Shown piece by piece: positions 37,801 through 49,005 of a DNA stretch of 64,000 nucleotides. The stretch lies in the NCBI RefSeq assembly GCF_032062105.1, contig NW_026923186.1:1-64000 (forward strand), in the 5' to 3' direction. The translations under genes were made by a program, and so were the position numbers. Under the pieces are notes generated by a model. It was not told where the DNA came from. It worked only from the letters and a program-made list of their open reading frames with translations, and ran no database searches. Position 1 is the stretch's first letter, and each line of letters opens with the position of its first letter. The DNA is from Saccostrea cucullata. Lineage: Eukaryota.

Positions 37801-40800
37801 ATAAGGACATTGTGACCAATTTTTAAGTAGTTAGGCACATTCCCTCCGGGTATTAATAGGTTCAAGCCATGTTTAGTTAAATGGGTTGATTTTCAAAGTG
37901 AGAAGCCTGTATAGATCAGAATTCGGTCTTTCCGTATGAATGAGGGTATATAGCTACATGTATTTGGTTGATTGGGGTTTGTGAGTTTTGGCCTCTTGTT
38001 TTTCAGTTATAAAGATATGACTTGATTGAACACACCGGTAGTCATTTCATTCCAAAATGAGGTTACCATGACCTATTTTTCAATTGCGACACATCTCTTA
38101 AATTGACCGTATTGAATATTACATGTAGCTTTCAAATAATGACAATATGAAAATTCTATGAACCTATTTAAAAAAATGTATTCTGTAGTATGATTTGTTA
38201 TGCTTGGAATCTTTAAATCGCAAGTTTTTATTACTCGTGGCAAATAACCTGCAACACTTTTTACTAAACGTTGTTCATTTATTAAAACTACACAAAAAAT
38301 GTACATGTAAAATGAAGCTTTAATTACCTTTCAGAATGGAGAATTCCAAGTTTACACCCCAGAACATAGCAACATATATGCTTCACACGGTTTTCTCTAT
38401 ATTAAACCAGTAAGTATTCAATACGTTTTAGATTAATTTCTCCTTAAAGAGACATGGACACAGATTCAACTGATTTTTAAACCTACTAGTATTTTAATGT
38501 TAGCAATTCCTAATTATGGCAATTCAAATGATCGGGAAAATTTTGAACATCTTTTGATGATTTATAGAGGATATACAGCACTTTAAAATTCTTCATAATG
38601 TAAACACTGTTTGTCCTTGTATCTATTTACATAATTATAGAAAATATCATATTTATAATAATATGAAATTCGACATATTATTAAAAACTGTCTAATCGTA
38701 TAAAATTCAGAGTTAACTTCTTTATTGAAAAATCTTTGAACGAATATGTTTTACTAGTAATATATTTAACCTATGCAAACAAAAATATGATACGGACCTT
38801 GTTTACATAACAAAGGTTTGGAGCTCAAAATTGGTCTTGTATCTCGACAATTGACATTCAAATTTTTGATAATCTTTAAAAAAAAAAATTAGTTAAGTAT
38901 TTGTAAAAAAAAAAAAATGGTAAAATCAATATGAAAATTTTTGGCTGAAGCTGTGTCCATGTCCCTTGAATACAAGTAGATCTATATAAGATAATTCTTG
39001 TAGATTTATTCTAATTATATATGTTTCTTGATAGACACTTACAGTAGATCACCCAGCCTTTACGGAATCTGACTTGTACAATGGACAGATGGATGTCCCA
39101 AGTATGTACATGTATCGTCATTTCTTCACTTTTAGAAATAAACAAAAAATAAGAAATACACTTATGTTTAAGGTTATTCTCACATCATCTCTCTCTAGCT
39201 GGGAGCTAATATTTATATATTGAAAAGTATCCTGATAAACAGTCTGAAAAACTATATTAATTTCTATAAATTAATTTCAAATGGTTAGATGGTACTTCAT
39301 TCAAAGTTTTTTTTTTAAATCATTTTATACATTAATTAAGAAAAAAATATGCAAGGATAGAACCTTCTTAAATAGTTAATTACAAATAATGCATAATAAA
39401 TGCAGTGGTAAAGATTAAGTAGTATTGATATAGACTAGCACTATTTAGATTAAACATTTTAAGGGAAGAAATAATGAATTTGCGCGGTACCAAATATTAA
39501 ATTAAAATGGAATGATTTCAAGTAAAATTGTTATTTTCACATAACCTCCTGTGGAGACAAAATTTATTTTAAATTCATATTTGAATTACATGTATTTTTT
39601 AATTATAAAAGTCTGTTTTACCAAATTACATTAAATTGATAACACGTGTTCAGTTTCAATGTTATCTTTTATATTTATGTTTTATTATCAAGCGAAATCC
39701 GAGAATTAAATACAGCATGAACCAAAAAGGAATATATCCATACGGTTTGTAAAACGCACCAGAAACAAGAAAATTGTTTGAATTAGAGCGTTAGCTCATT
39801 CTCTTATTTTGCTGAACACAGCACTGCAATTTACTACGAATTTACACTAACTTGATTATTTCCGCTCCATTTTTTCTATGGAATTGTTAAAGAATTTATA
39901 ACATCAGCCAACATGGTCGCATGGTTCATTTTTACAGCATTTGATATAACCATTTCTTTTTCAGCGGTGTGGGGTGCTTGTACAAAAGCAATACACAATG
40001 GTTGTCACAAAGAAGCTTATGGTAATGGACAGGAAATACTCAACCCCGTCATGTCCGGTCTAATTTACACCCATGCTGCCATCAAATACGGACGCGTCAA
40101 TGTTCGAGCTAGAATACCCAGAGGTGATTGGCTATGGCCAGGTAATACTTAACTTACTGCAATCCGATGGACACAAAAAAAAAAAAATAACAAGTATATT
40201 CATTGAATTCAAGAAAGAATTAAAACAGAGGCCTGAGAGGTGTCTCTTATGTTTATTATGTAAGTATTTCCTGAATAGAATTATGATTAGCCAAAATAGA
40301 TGTACATACAATTATTAATCTTACAGCTATTTGGCTGATGCCAACAAATAGTGTGTATGGAAGCTGGCCTCGATCTGGAGAAATTGACGTCATGGAAGCT
40401 AGAGGTTTAGTGCAGATAACTTGACATTGTATTTTTTATTCCCTTCGCAACGGAGTTGGAGGAGATATACTAATGTGCTTTTGTATATGTGGGTGGGTGG
40501 GTACGTTTTTTCCTTTTGTGCATAACGGAAGTGACAAAATTGATATCGAATGCTACCTGATATGGGTTTTGCGATGGTATCCTCCGCTTTGTGGTGCTTT
40601 TGTTTTAAAATCAATTAGTTTTTTGAAATGATTCATTTTGATAAAGTAATCAGTATTTACAAACAACTATTTTTTATACCAAGATGTTTGTAGGAACATT
40701 CTCCTTTGTATAATTATTTCAGGCAACAGACTTATGAATACAGATACCGGACTCAACCGAGGAATTCATCAAATTGCTTCAACATTGAATTGGGGACCTG

Positions 40801-42146
40801 ACCCTCGTCATAGTGCAGGAAGGCTAACTCATAAAGCCTTGTGAATATTATACCGTCATCCTAGTTTTGTCTTATCAGTCTGGTCTATTAATTGATCCTA
40901 AATGAATATTTATGTCAAGAAATCTTAGAACACGGTCTAACCTCGTTATTTAACCCTATGGGACTAATAAACTTCCGAAATATTAGATAAATTTAAATGA
41001 CATTCAGACTCACTACTGCAGAGTCACATATCCTTTGGTTTTGACTTCTCGGTATTCAAGATACCGTGGAACAATTGAATTTCGAGAAAAAAAATTAGCA
41101 GTTAGTGAGATGTTTATAGCGTAAGTTTTTTTTAAACAGAGTTCAGGCAAATCACTATAAATCTGTATAATTAATCTTAGACGTACGTTTTGCTTACTGT
41201 TCCTCTTTTTTTTATCTAGACAGTCAACTCATGGTGATTGGCATAAATGGCACGTTTTCTCACTAGAGTGGACAGAACAACATGTCATGTACGTAACTCA
41301 TTTTTTCATGTATTTGCATGAGATTTTCTAAACATATACATATATAAATAAAAATAAGAGTGTTAATACATGAATCTGTTTGATTTCATTTTTTGTATAG
41401 CTAATACAAGAACAAATCTATGATTTTATTTTATAACAAATTTATTTTACATAATAGCATCCAGTTTTTCTTAAGATGCAATCATTGTCCATATCCAAAT
41501 AAGGTTGTAGTGAATATGTTTTTAAGGACACTTAACAAAGTAAACAAAATATTATAGGGAAATTTTTTATATGTAGTATATACTGAATAAATAACTGATA
41601 TAGGACCAATCACAAATTATTTATATTTCCTTGTTGGTTTTAATGTATTTATTCAGTTGCTTGGTTGATGACCAAGAAATACTACGTGTGAACACGCCTT
41701 CTGAAGGTTTCTGGAAGTTTGGACATTTTAATGGAACAAACATCTGGGGAAGTTCTCTGAACGCTCCTTTTGACCAACCAGTGAAGTGTTTTTTTAATCT
41801 TTCACATATCAAAATCCTAGTAACATCTTTAATCAACACATTTTTTTAATTAAAACATTAATATTTATATACCAGGTGTTTTATAATATCAATTTTTTAA
41901 TATTGAATTCCCGTATATTAATTTTTTTTAATATCGAATTCCTAGTTCCAGCTCCTGTTGAATGTGGCCGTGGGAGGAACGAAGTATTTCCCCGATAATT
42001 TACACTATGACACACCTAAACCTTGGCGTAACGACTCCCCACACCCCATGAGGGACTTCTGGGAGAAAAGGAATGTTTGGCTTCCAACCTGGCATGGCGA
42101 TAATATTGCTTTTCTTATCGATTATGTAGAAATGATACAATATTAA
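34896..42146 (+). CDS. Beta-1,3-glucan-binding protein / beta-1,3-glucanase (signal peptide + CBM39-like + GH16; LGBP/bGRP family), 451 aa
   Basis: 12 phase-consistent exons: 34896-35013, 35280-35363, 35527-35643, 37081-37208, 38335-38409, 39035-39101, 39965-40141, 40327-40404, 40723-40840, 41220-41288, 41657-41780, 41946-42146. Motifs GGGNGEFQVY, KYGRVNVRARIPRGDWLWPAIWLMP, WPRSGEIDVME and APFDQPFQLLLNVAVGG. Exons 2-3 are less certain. Confidence 0.9.
35830..36420 (-). mobile_element. L1/Tx1 LINE 3' fragment (zf-RVT region) in glucanase intron 3
   Basis: Translates to WLQ*RILHRILAVKYYLKK...CTFCKQDIETIQHIFLNC. Confidence 0.75.
38448..38966. mobile_element. Kolobok-like MITE (TTAA target) in glucanase intron 5
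   Basis: ttaa|agagacatggacacag ... ctgtgtccatgtccct|tgaa. Confidence 0.65.
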
Positions 42147-42756
42147 AATGATTAATGCATGATGGATTTTGTTGATGAAGCATTCATTGAAATCCCTATT
42201 TTTCAGAACCATTTCAAAAGAGATTATTCAAAAACAAGGTTAACAAAGCGCAATTCTATTATAAGCTTTTTTGAACAAAAATAGTACTGTCTCCTTCTAA
42301 TATGACACTTTTCTCATTGTCTTTTCTCATAATTGGGACAATTTTACAAAGTTTGGACATGCTTCTAGTGAATGAAAGAATCAAGCTTTTTTGAAAACTA
42401 GTTTTCATTGAACAGATTATTTTCTTAGCCATTGTCTCAGAAACCAGTGCGAGCCTCACAAGAGGGTACATCTTTAAAACTTTTATTTTAAAATAATTTT
42501 TAAAAAACTCTTTCGAACAAAACAATTTGGGCTTCCGTTTATCAAAATAGTATTTAAATATTATCGCGTTGAGATTAAAAGTGAAGGAAAATAATGATTT
42601 GCATATATCATATTTCTGTTTAAATTATAAAAATGTAAGTAAATTTGAGAAGATTACCATGTTTTGCATACTAGTATACATCTGACTTCTGAAAAAAGTC
42701 CGAGAATTGTTATCTTTTGGGAACTTCTCAATTTCTTTCGTGATATGATCATGTCA

Positions 42757-44239
42757 CTATTTGTCCCGAAGAGTAGTATTTTGATACAGATGTCTTGCAC
42801 CCTTCTTGTTCTTATTCTGCTCTGTTTTTACTTTTTCTGCTGTTTTAAGATGCAGATGAGAATAATGGCTTTGTGTATCAGTGCTCTGTAATTCACATCT
42901 CAAATAACTGCTTTGTAGCTTAAAGTTCTGTTCTTTAGGACTATTCTTTGTTTTAACTTCATGATCTCGAGTAGTGACAGAAGCTTTAATGCGATTCCCC
43001 ATCTTTGTTGCCTTGAAATAATTTTTTCTGCTACAAAAGATTGTTGAATTTCAAAAAGGCAGTAGATAATGATTTGTTGAACACACCTTATGCCGCATAT
43101 AAAGAAATTTTAAAGTCACGTGTGTTCAGTGTATGCTCGAGAAAACAACAAACCTTTTGTAGAAGTATAGTAGCATTGAAAATAACAGAAAAGTACCAAA
43201 TATTGCTAAAGTTATAATCCAAGGAACTTTCTCGATGAGAGTGTCATGAAACTCTGTAAAAAAGGAAAGATTACTAAAGTAAAAAAGTACTAAAGATAAC
43301 AAAATAAGATACATACATTTATAGATAAACATAAATCAGCAACCGGGGTCTACAATTCAAATATCCTAAAGCGTAGAAAATTTCTACCATCTAAAGGTTA
43401 AAATTTAATAAAAGAATGATTTTAGCAGTTTTCCATTTTAATTTATTTTTGCCTTTTAATCAGATAACATTAATTGTGATGAGCAAAATCGGTTGTCTAA
43501 TTAGTATTGTTTAAAATAATATTGAATTTGTTTTAAATTGAACAATTGATTATATCCTTGATAAATGAAAAGATTTAAAACCCTTTTAAGTGTACTCACG
43601 TTTAGTCTTATTACTAGAAATATGTATCAATTCTATTTCCATACAAAGGACATAGTCGATTGGAATGGTATTACAGGAAGACATAGGTGGAATTATACCA
43701 GAACTCTGAGATGCACACGACATCTTGCCATCGGAATCTGCAAATATTTAAATTTGATTTTAATAAAATACTGTATAAACGGCATTTTATTGAAACATAC
43801 AGTCTTCCGCACAGAAGATTGCTCAGAAAAAAAATCTATTTTTCTAAGATAAAAATAAGACTTATTCAAGTGTATTTGAAAGCTTGCCTTTTATCCAAAA
43901 CACAGTTTTCGGCGGTTTGTTCAAAAACACACTGTTATTCCATGGAAATGATTCTGTGACAGTGGCTATGACCAGGGTAGAAGAATTCGAAGTAAAATTA
44001 CTTTCTGCATCTTTTTCTTGGATTGGACTTTGTGATGTTCCACGAAAGACAAAGGTATGTTTTGGGGAATTTAAATCTTAAACACACAAATAAATAGAAG
44101 CAGAATGCTACAGTCTAAATGAAAAACTTTACTGTAAGCGCTTTCAGCAAATGTTCGCTCTTCAAATATATAGATGTATTTATAACTTACCTACTATATG
44201 AAAATGAAGAAAGAAAACAATAAAGTTCAATCCAGGCAT
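42757..44239 (-). CDS. Type I membrane receptor A with compact C-type-lectin-like ectodomain and Tyr-motif tail (249 aa)
   Basis: Exons 44191-44239, 43888-44076, 43600-43737, 43154-43253 and 42757-43030 join in frame, with intron 2 using the GC donor gcaagc. Hydrophobic N-terminus, TM segment VPWIITLAIFGTFLLFSMLLYFY, tail motifs SHYSHL and LYQN. Confidence 0.8.
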
Positions 44240-45059
44240 GATTGCGCCTTTGGATTTCGCAGTTTTTTATGTTTTTTTTTTACTCTAATGACTACATATT
44301 TATTATACTGATTTAACATGTATTTTATTTATTTAACAGGAAGTTGGGGGCAATTCCATTCTTTTAATTCAATCAACCGTCTTGTATTAACTTCCTTTTA
44401 ATAAAGTAAATATGATTATCTCATAAATATGCATTTATTTAGTGTTCTCCCCAATACATGAACAAGAAAACAACATGTCATTTTTTTTAAAACTGTGAAG
44501 AGCAACAGATAAAACTTTTTATAGTAAGGGTACTTAACACAAACAAAAAAATTTATGCATGGATTGATATTTATTTTTTGACTAAATTTTGATTTGAAAT
44601 GACATAGATAATAAATCCTTGAGATATAAAGAAATCGTAGGTTTTCCTTGGTGTTTAGATATGAGACTTTTTTTTTGCTTCCTATTTAATTCCATACAAA
44701 ATCTTGCACAAGTTTTTAAAACCTTATGACAAAATCTTGTAAAAATTTCCTGCTATACTTGGTTAACATTATTCAGGTTACCAATTTAAATGTAAATCTA
44801 TTGGAAATATTGCTGATTTCTGAAAAAAGTTTGTGTTATTTATCCTTCAATATCAAAATAGTAAACTCAATAATGTTTTATAAATCTGCGAATGGTATAG
44901 CTTGCTAGATATACCGGTATATTAAACGGCATTTATCTTGGACAGACGCAATAAATCAAAGACAAATTTTTCATGTTTTTTTTCTGTATTTGGCGCTTTT
45001 GGGCACGGCTGAATAATATAACAACATACTATTTCGGGCCTCCAAAGCATCGGGTAGGC

Positions 45060-45660
45060 CCAGCAACAACAACAACATTTCAGTTCAACAACAACAACAT
45101 TTCAGTACAACATCAACATATCAGGTGACCTTGACCCTGGGAGATGCAGAAGTCAAGATCAACAACATTTTAGTACAACATCAACACATCAGGTGACCTT
45201 GACCCCTGGAGATGCAGAGGTCAAGGTCAAATAATAAAAACTTGCAGTGCAACAATAATATTGACACATCCCCGACTCTGGGAGGTGCAGAAGTCAAGGA
45301 GGAAAATAAACAGTTTTGTTTACACTGTCACACTATGAACATGGTATTCATTTTTGACCCCGTGTAGTGCAGCGGTTAAGTAATTAACCCATATTACATC
45401 ATAGTTCAAGTGATGTATGCCGCTCAGTTCGCAGTCTATCTTCAGAAGTGACAGCCGTGCCGAATATGTAGGTACAGGTGACCAGTTGCTATGTAAAACT
45501 CAGTTCGCAGTCTTCAGAACAGAACAGCCATGCTGAATACGTAGGTATAAATGGCCACTTGCTTTGTAAAACTCAGACATGTCAGTTCCCATTCCATCTT
45601 CAGAAGTGACAGCCATGCCGAATATGTATGTGCAGATGACCATTTGCTTTGTAAACTTTT
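45060..45660 (+). repeat. Composite minisatellite block
   Basis: (aac)n tract, then 2-3 units of ~67 bp (ggtgaccttgaccc..gagatgcaga.gtcaag), then 3 units of ~72-95 bp (tcttcagaagtgacagcc.tgccgaata.gta). Confidence 0.7.
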
Positions 45661-45825
45661 CCACTGAAAAGAAAAAATAGAAACCAGCAGTATCTATTCA
45701 ACAATGTACAGTTGGGGGATTAGGGTAGGGAGGGATTTCTGAAATATACACTTATCCATTGTTTTCTCAGATTTGATTAACACCAACCTTGCAACTAGCG
45801 TGTAACCGGCAGAGAGAGTTTGTAG

Positions 45826-46483
45826 TTAAAGTTATTAAAACTTCTAATTTTTTGGCGGGTTTGATTGACACATCCTTGCACTTTCACAAATTTAATTTTA
45901 TTCTTAATACTTAGGAAAAGTGGCAATCTTGTTGTGTATAAATAAAAAATATTAACACTACGATCCAGAAAATTCAGAGTAGACGGGTTCGAAAGCTAAA
46001 AAAACACGCAATGTATTGACTGTCAGTCCGTGCAGTTGTGGTGAGCAGATTTTGACGATTGAACGCACCCAGTGAATTGTAAACATCAACAATAACAGAG
46101 CTCGTGTCCTGTTCACATAAACTGTGTACATAACACGAGTGTGCTAAACTCTGTACACAACACATAGCTTGGAATGACGATACTTGTGAAGGAGTTTTGC
46201 TTTCTAACATTTCTACTCTGAATAAAATTATTTTTCTAGATTAAAATTTTAATATTTCTCATTAATACACAACAAGATTGCCACATTTCCTAAGGATTAA
46301 GAATAAAGTTAAAATTTGTGAAAGTGCAAGGATGTGTCAATCAAACCCGCCAAAAAATTTTAAGTTTTAATAACTTTTAAATGAAATAAGATGTTTAATT
46401 AATTTTTGTGTGAAATGCTATTAAAATATATAATTTATGATATTATACAGAAAATATTAAAATCTGTGTCCAAGTACCTTTAA
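45826..46483. mobile_element. Kolobok-like long-TIR element with truncated left end; another arm of the family at 13820-14033
   Basis: 45826-45940 is the inverted copy of 46265-46380. Right end tgtgtccaagtacct|ttaa. 13820-14033 matches the reverse complement of the right arm. Confidence 0.7.
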
Positions 46484-47162
46484 CTAAACTAAAAATATGC
46501 AAAGATAGAACCTTCTTAATTAGTTAATTACAAATAATGCAGAATAAATGCAGTGGTAAAGATTGAGTAGTGTGACACAGACTAGCACTATTTAGGTTAA
46601 ACATTTAAAGTGAAGAAATAATGAATTTTCGCGGTGCCAAAAGTTAAATTAAAATGGAAGGGTTTTCAAGTAAAATTTTTTTTTTCCTAAATCTCCTCTG
46701 GAGACATAATTTATATTCATGTTACTTATATTTGAATTACATGTAATTTCTAATTACAAAAGTCTGTTTATTTAAATTATGTTAAATTGATGACACGTGT
46801 TCAGTTTGAACTTTATCTTTTATATTCTCTTTATTCTGCTGAACACAGCATTGAAAATTACTACGAATTAACTTTTATTTTAAAATAATTTTTTAAAAAC
46901 TCTTTCGAATATAATAACTTGAACTACAGTTTTTTCAAAATAGTATTTAAATATTATTCCGTAGAGATTAAAAATGAAACATGATAATGATTTGTATATT
47001 ATATTTCTGTATAAATTTCACTGCTTGCCGTAATAAAAATGTAAGTAAATTTGAGAATATAACCATGTTTTGCATACTAGTATACATCTGACTTCTGAAA
47101 AAAGTCCGAGAATTGTTATCTTTTGGGAACTTCTCAATTTCTTTTGTGATATGATCTTGTCA

Positions 47163-48512
47163 CTATTTGTCCCGAAGAGTAGTATTTTGATACAGATGTC
47201 TTGCACCCTTCTTGTTCTTATTCTGCTCTGTTTTTACTTTTTCTGCTGTTTTAAGTTGCAGACGAGAGTAATGACTTTGGGTATCAATACTCGGTAGTTC
47301 ACATCTCAAATAATTGTGTTGTAGCTCGAAGTTCTGTTCATTAGGACTATTCTTTGTTTTAACTTCATGATCTCGAGTGATGACAGAGGCTTTACTGCGA
47401 TTCCCCATCTTTGTCGCCTTGAAATAATATTTTCTGCTACAAAAGATTGTTGAATTTCAAAAAGGCAGTAGATAATGATTTGTTGAACACCCCTTATGCC
47501 GCATATAAAGAAATTTTAAGGGCACAGGTGTTGATTGTATGCTTGAAAGAACAACCAACCTTTTGTAGCAGTATAGCAACATTGAGACCATCACCAAAAT
47601 ACCCAATATTGCTAAAGTTGTAATCCAAGGAACATTTTCTATAAGAGTGTCATGGAAGTCTGTAATAGAGAAATGGTTACAAATTTAATTTGATTTATAC
47701 ATCTCCAGGTTAATGTTAGCAGTTTTCTTTTTCCAATGATTTCTTTTATTTTTCTCAAATAACATTGAATATGTTATTTGCAATATCAGTTGTTTGTATT
47801 TCTTGAAATAATTTTGAAATAGTTTTATGATTAAACAATTCATTACGTCCTTGATAAATGAAAAGATTTAAAACTCACGTTTAGTCTTATTAAACTTACT
47901 AGAAATATGTATCAATTCTATTTCCTTACAAAGGACATAGTCGACTAGAATGGTAATACAAGAAGACTTTGGTGGCAATATACCATCCCCCTGAGATGCA
48001 CACGTCGTCCTGTTATTAGAATCTGCAAATATGTGTATTTGATCACAATAAATTGTATTTTATTGCAACAAACACTTTTAACAACACAAAAGATAATGTG
48101 TAAAACTTTCTTTTTCTGAGATAAAAATATGAGTTATTAAAGTATTTTTGAAACTTGCCTTTTATCCAAAACACAGTTGTCCGCAGTTTATTTAAAAACA
48201 CACTGTTATTCCATGAAAATGATTTTTGGCTATGACCAGAGAAGAAGAGTTTGAAGTACAAATACTTTCTGCATCTTTTTCCGAGATGGCACTTTGTGAT
48301 GTTCCAAGAAAGACAAAGGTATGTTTTGAGGAATTTACATCTAAAACACACAAGAAGATAGAAACAGAATGCAACAGTCTTAAATAAAATATTTGCTGTA
48401 AGTGCTTTCAGCGATGTTTGCTCTTCAGAAATACTAGCATACATTGTAGATGTATTTATAACTTACCATGGGAAAAAAGAAAGAACACAATAAATTTCAT
48501 TCCAGGTTGCAT
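47163..48512 (-). pseudogene. Receptor paralog B, frameshifted
   Basis: Exons 48467-48512, 48159-48340, 47879-48022, 47560-47659 and 47163-47436. Exon 2 is 182 nt versus 189 nt in A and C; the 7-nt deletion gives a stop at 48192-48194. All splice sites and other exons are intact. Confidence 0.78.
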
Positions 48513-49005
48513 GGTGACGTCTTTGGATTTCACAATAAAAATTTCATGTCTTTCTAAATTATTGGGTACACGTTTACTGATTTAACGTTTATTTTTTGTA
48601 TTTAACTGGAAGGTAAGGGTATTTTACTCTTTTTAATCCAATCAACCGTCCTCTTTTATCTTCCTTATGATTCTCTCATTAATATGTATTAGTGTTCTCC
48701 CGAATACATGAGCAAGAAAACAACAAATATTTTTAGCTTACTGACAAAGTATTTCAACGATATATTTATTTTGTAGTATGTACATAGTCATACTCAATAA
48801 AGAGCATTATGCTTCCTTAAAATTTGGTTGATGAAAAGGGCAGATCGTGATCGTAACAATGTCTGTGAGATGTCTGTTTGCTTTGCTCTCGATTTGTATT
48901 GTTTAGAAAAAAATTTTAAAAAAATTTAATTCTCCCAATAGATGTATTTTGAACTTATACTGACAATAAAAATTTTACAGTGATTTTTATTATATCTCAG
49001 TATGT

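Noticed and set aside
42664-47297. Duplicated plus-strand ORFs MHTSIHLTSEK... (42664-42891 and 47070-47297)
   Set aside because: They are antisense shadows of the duplicated receptor tail exon and 3' UTR.
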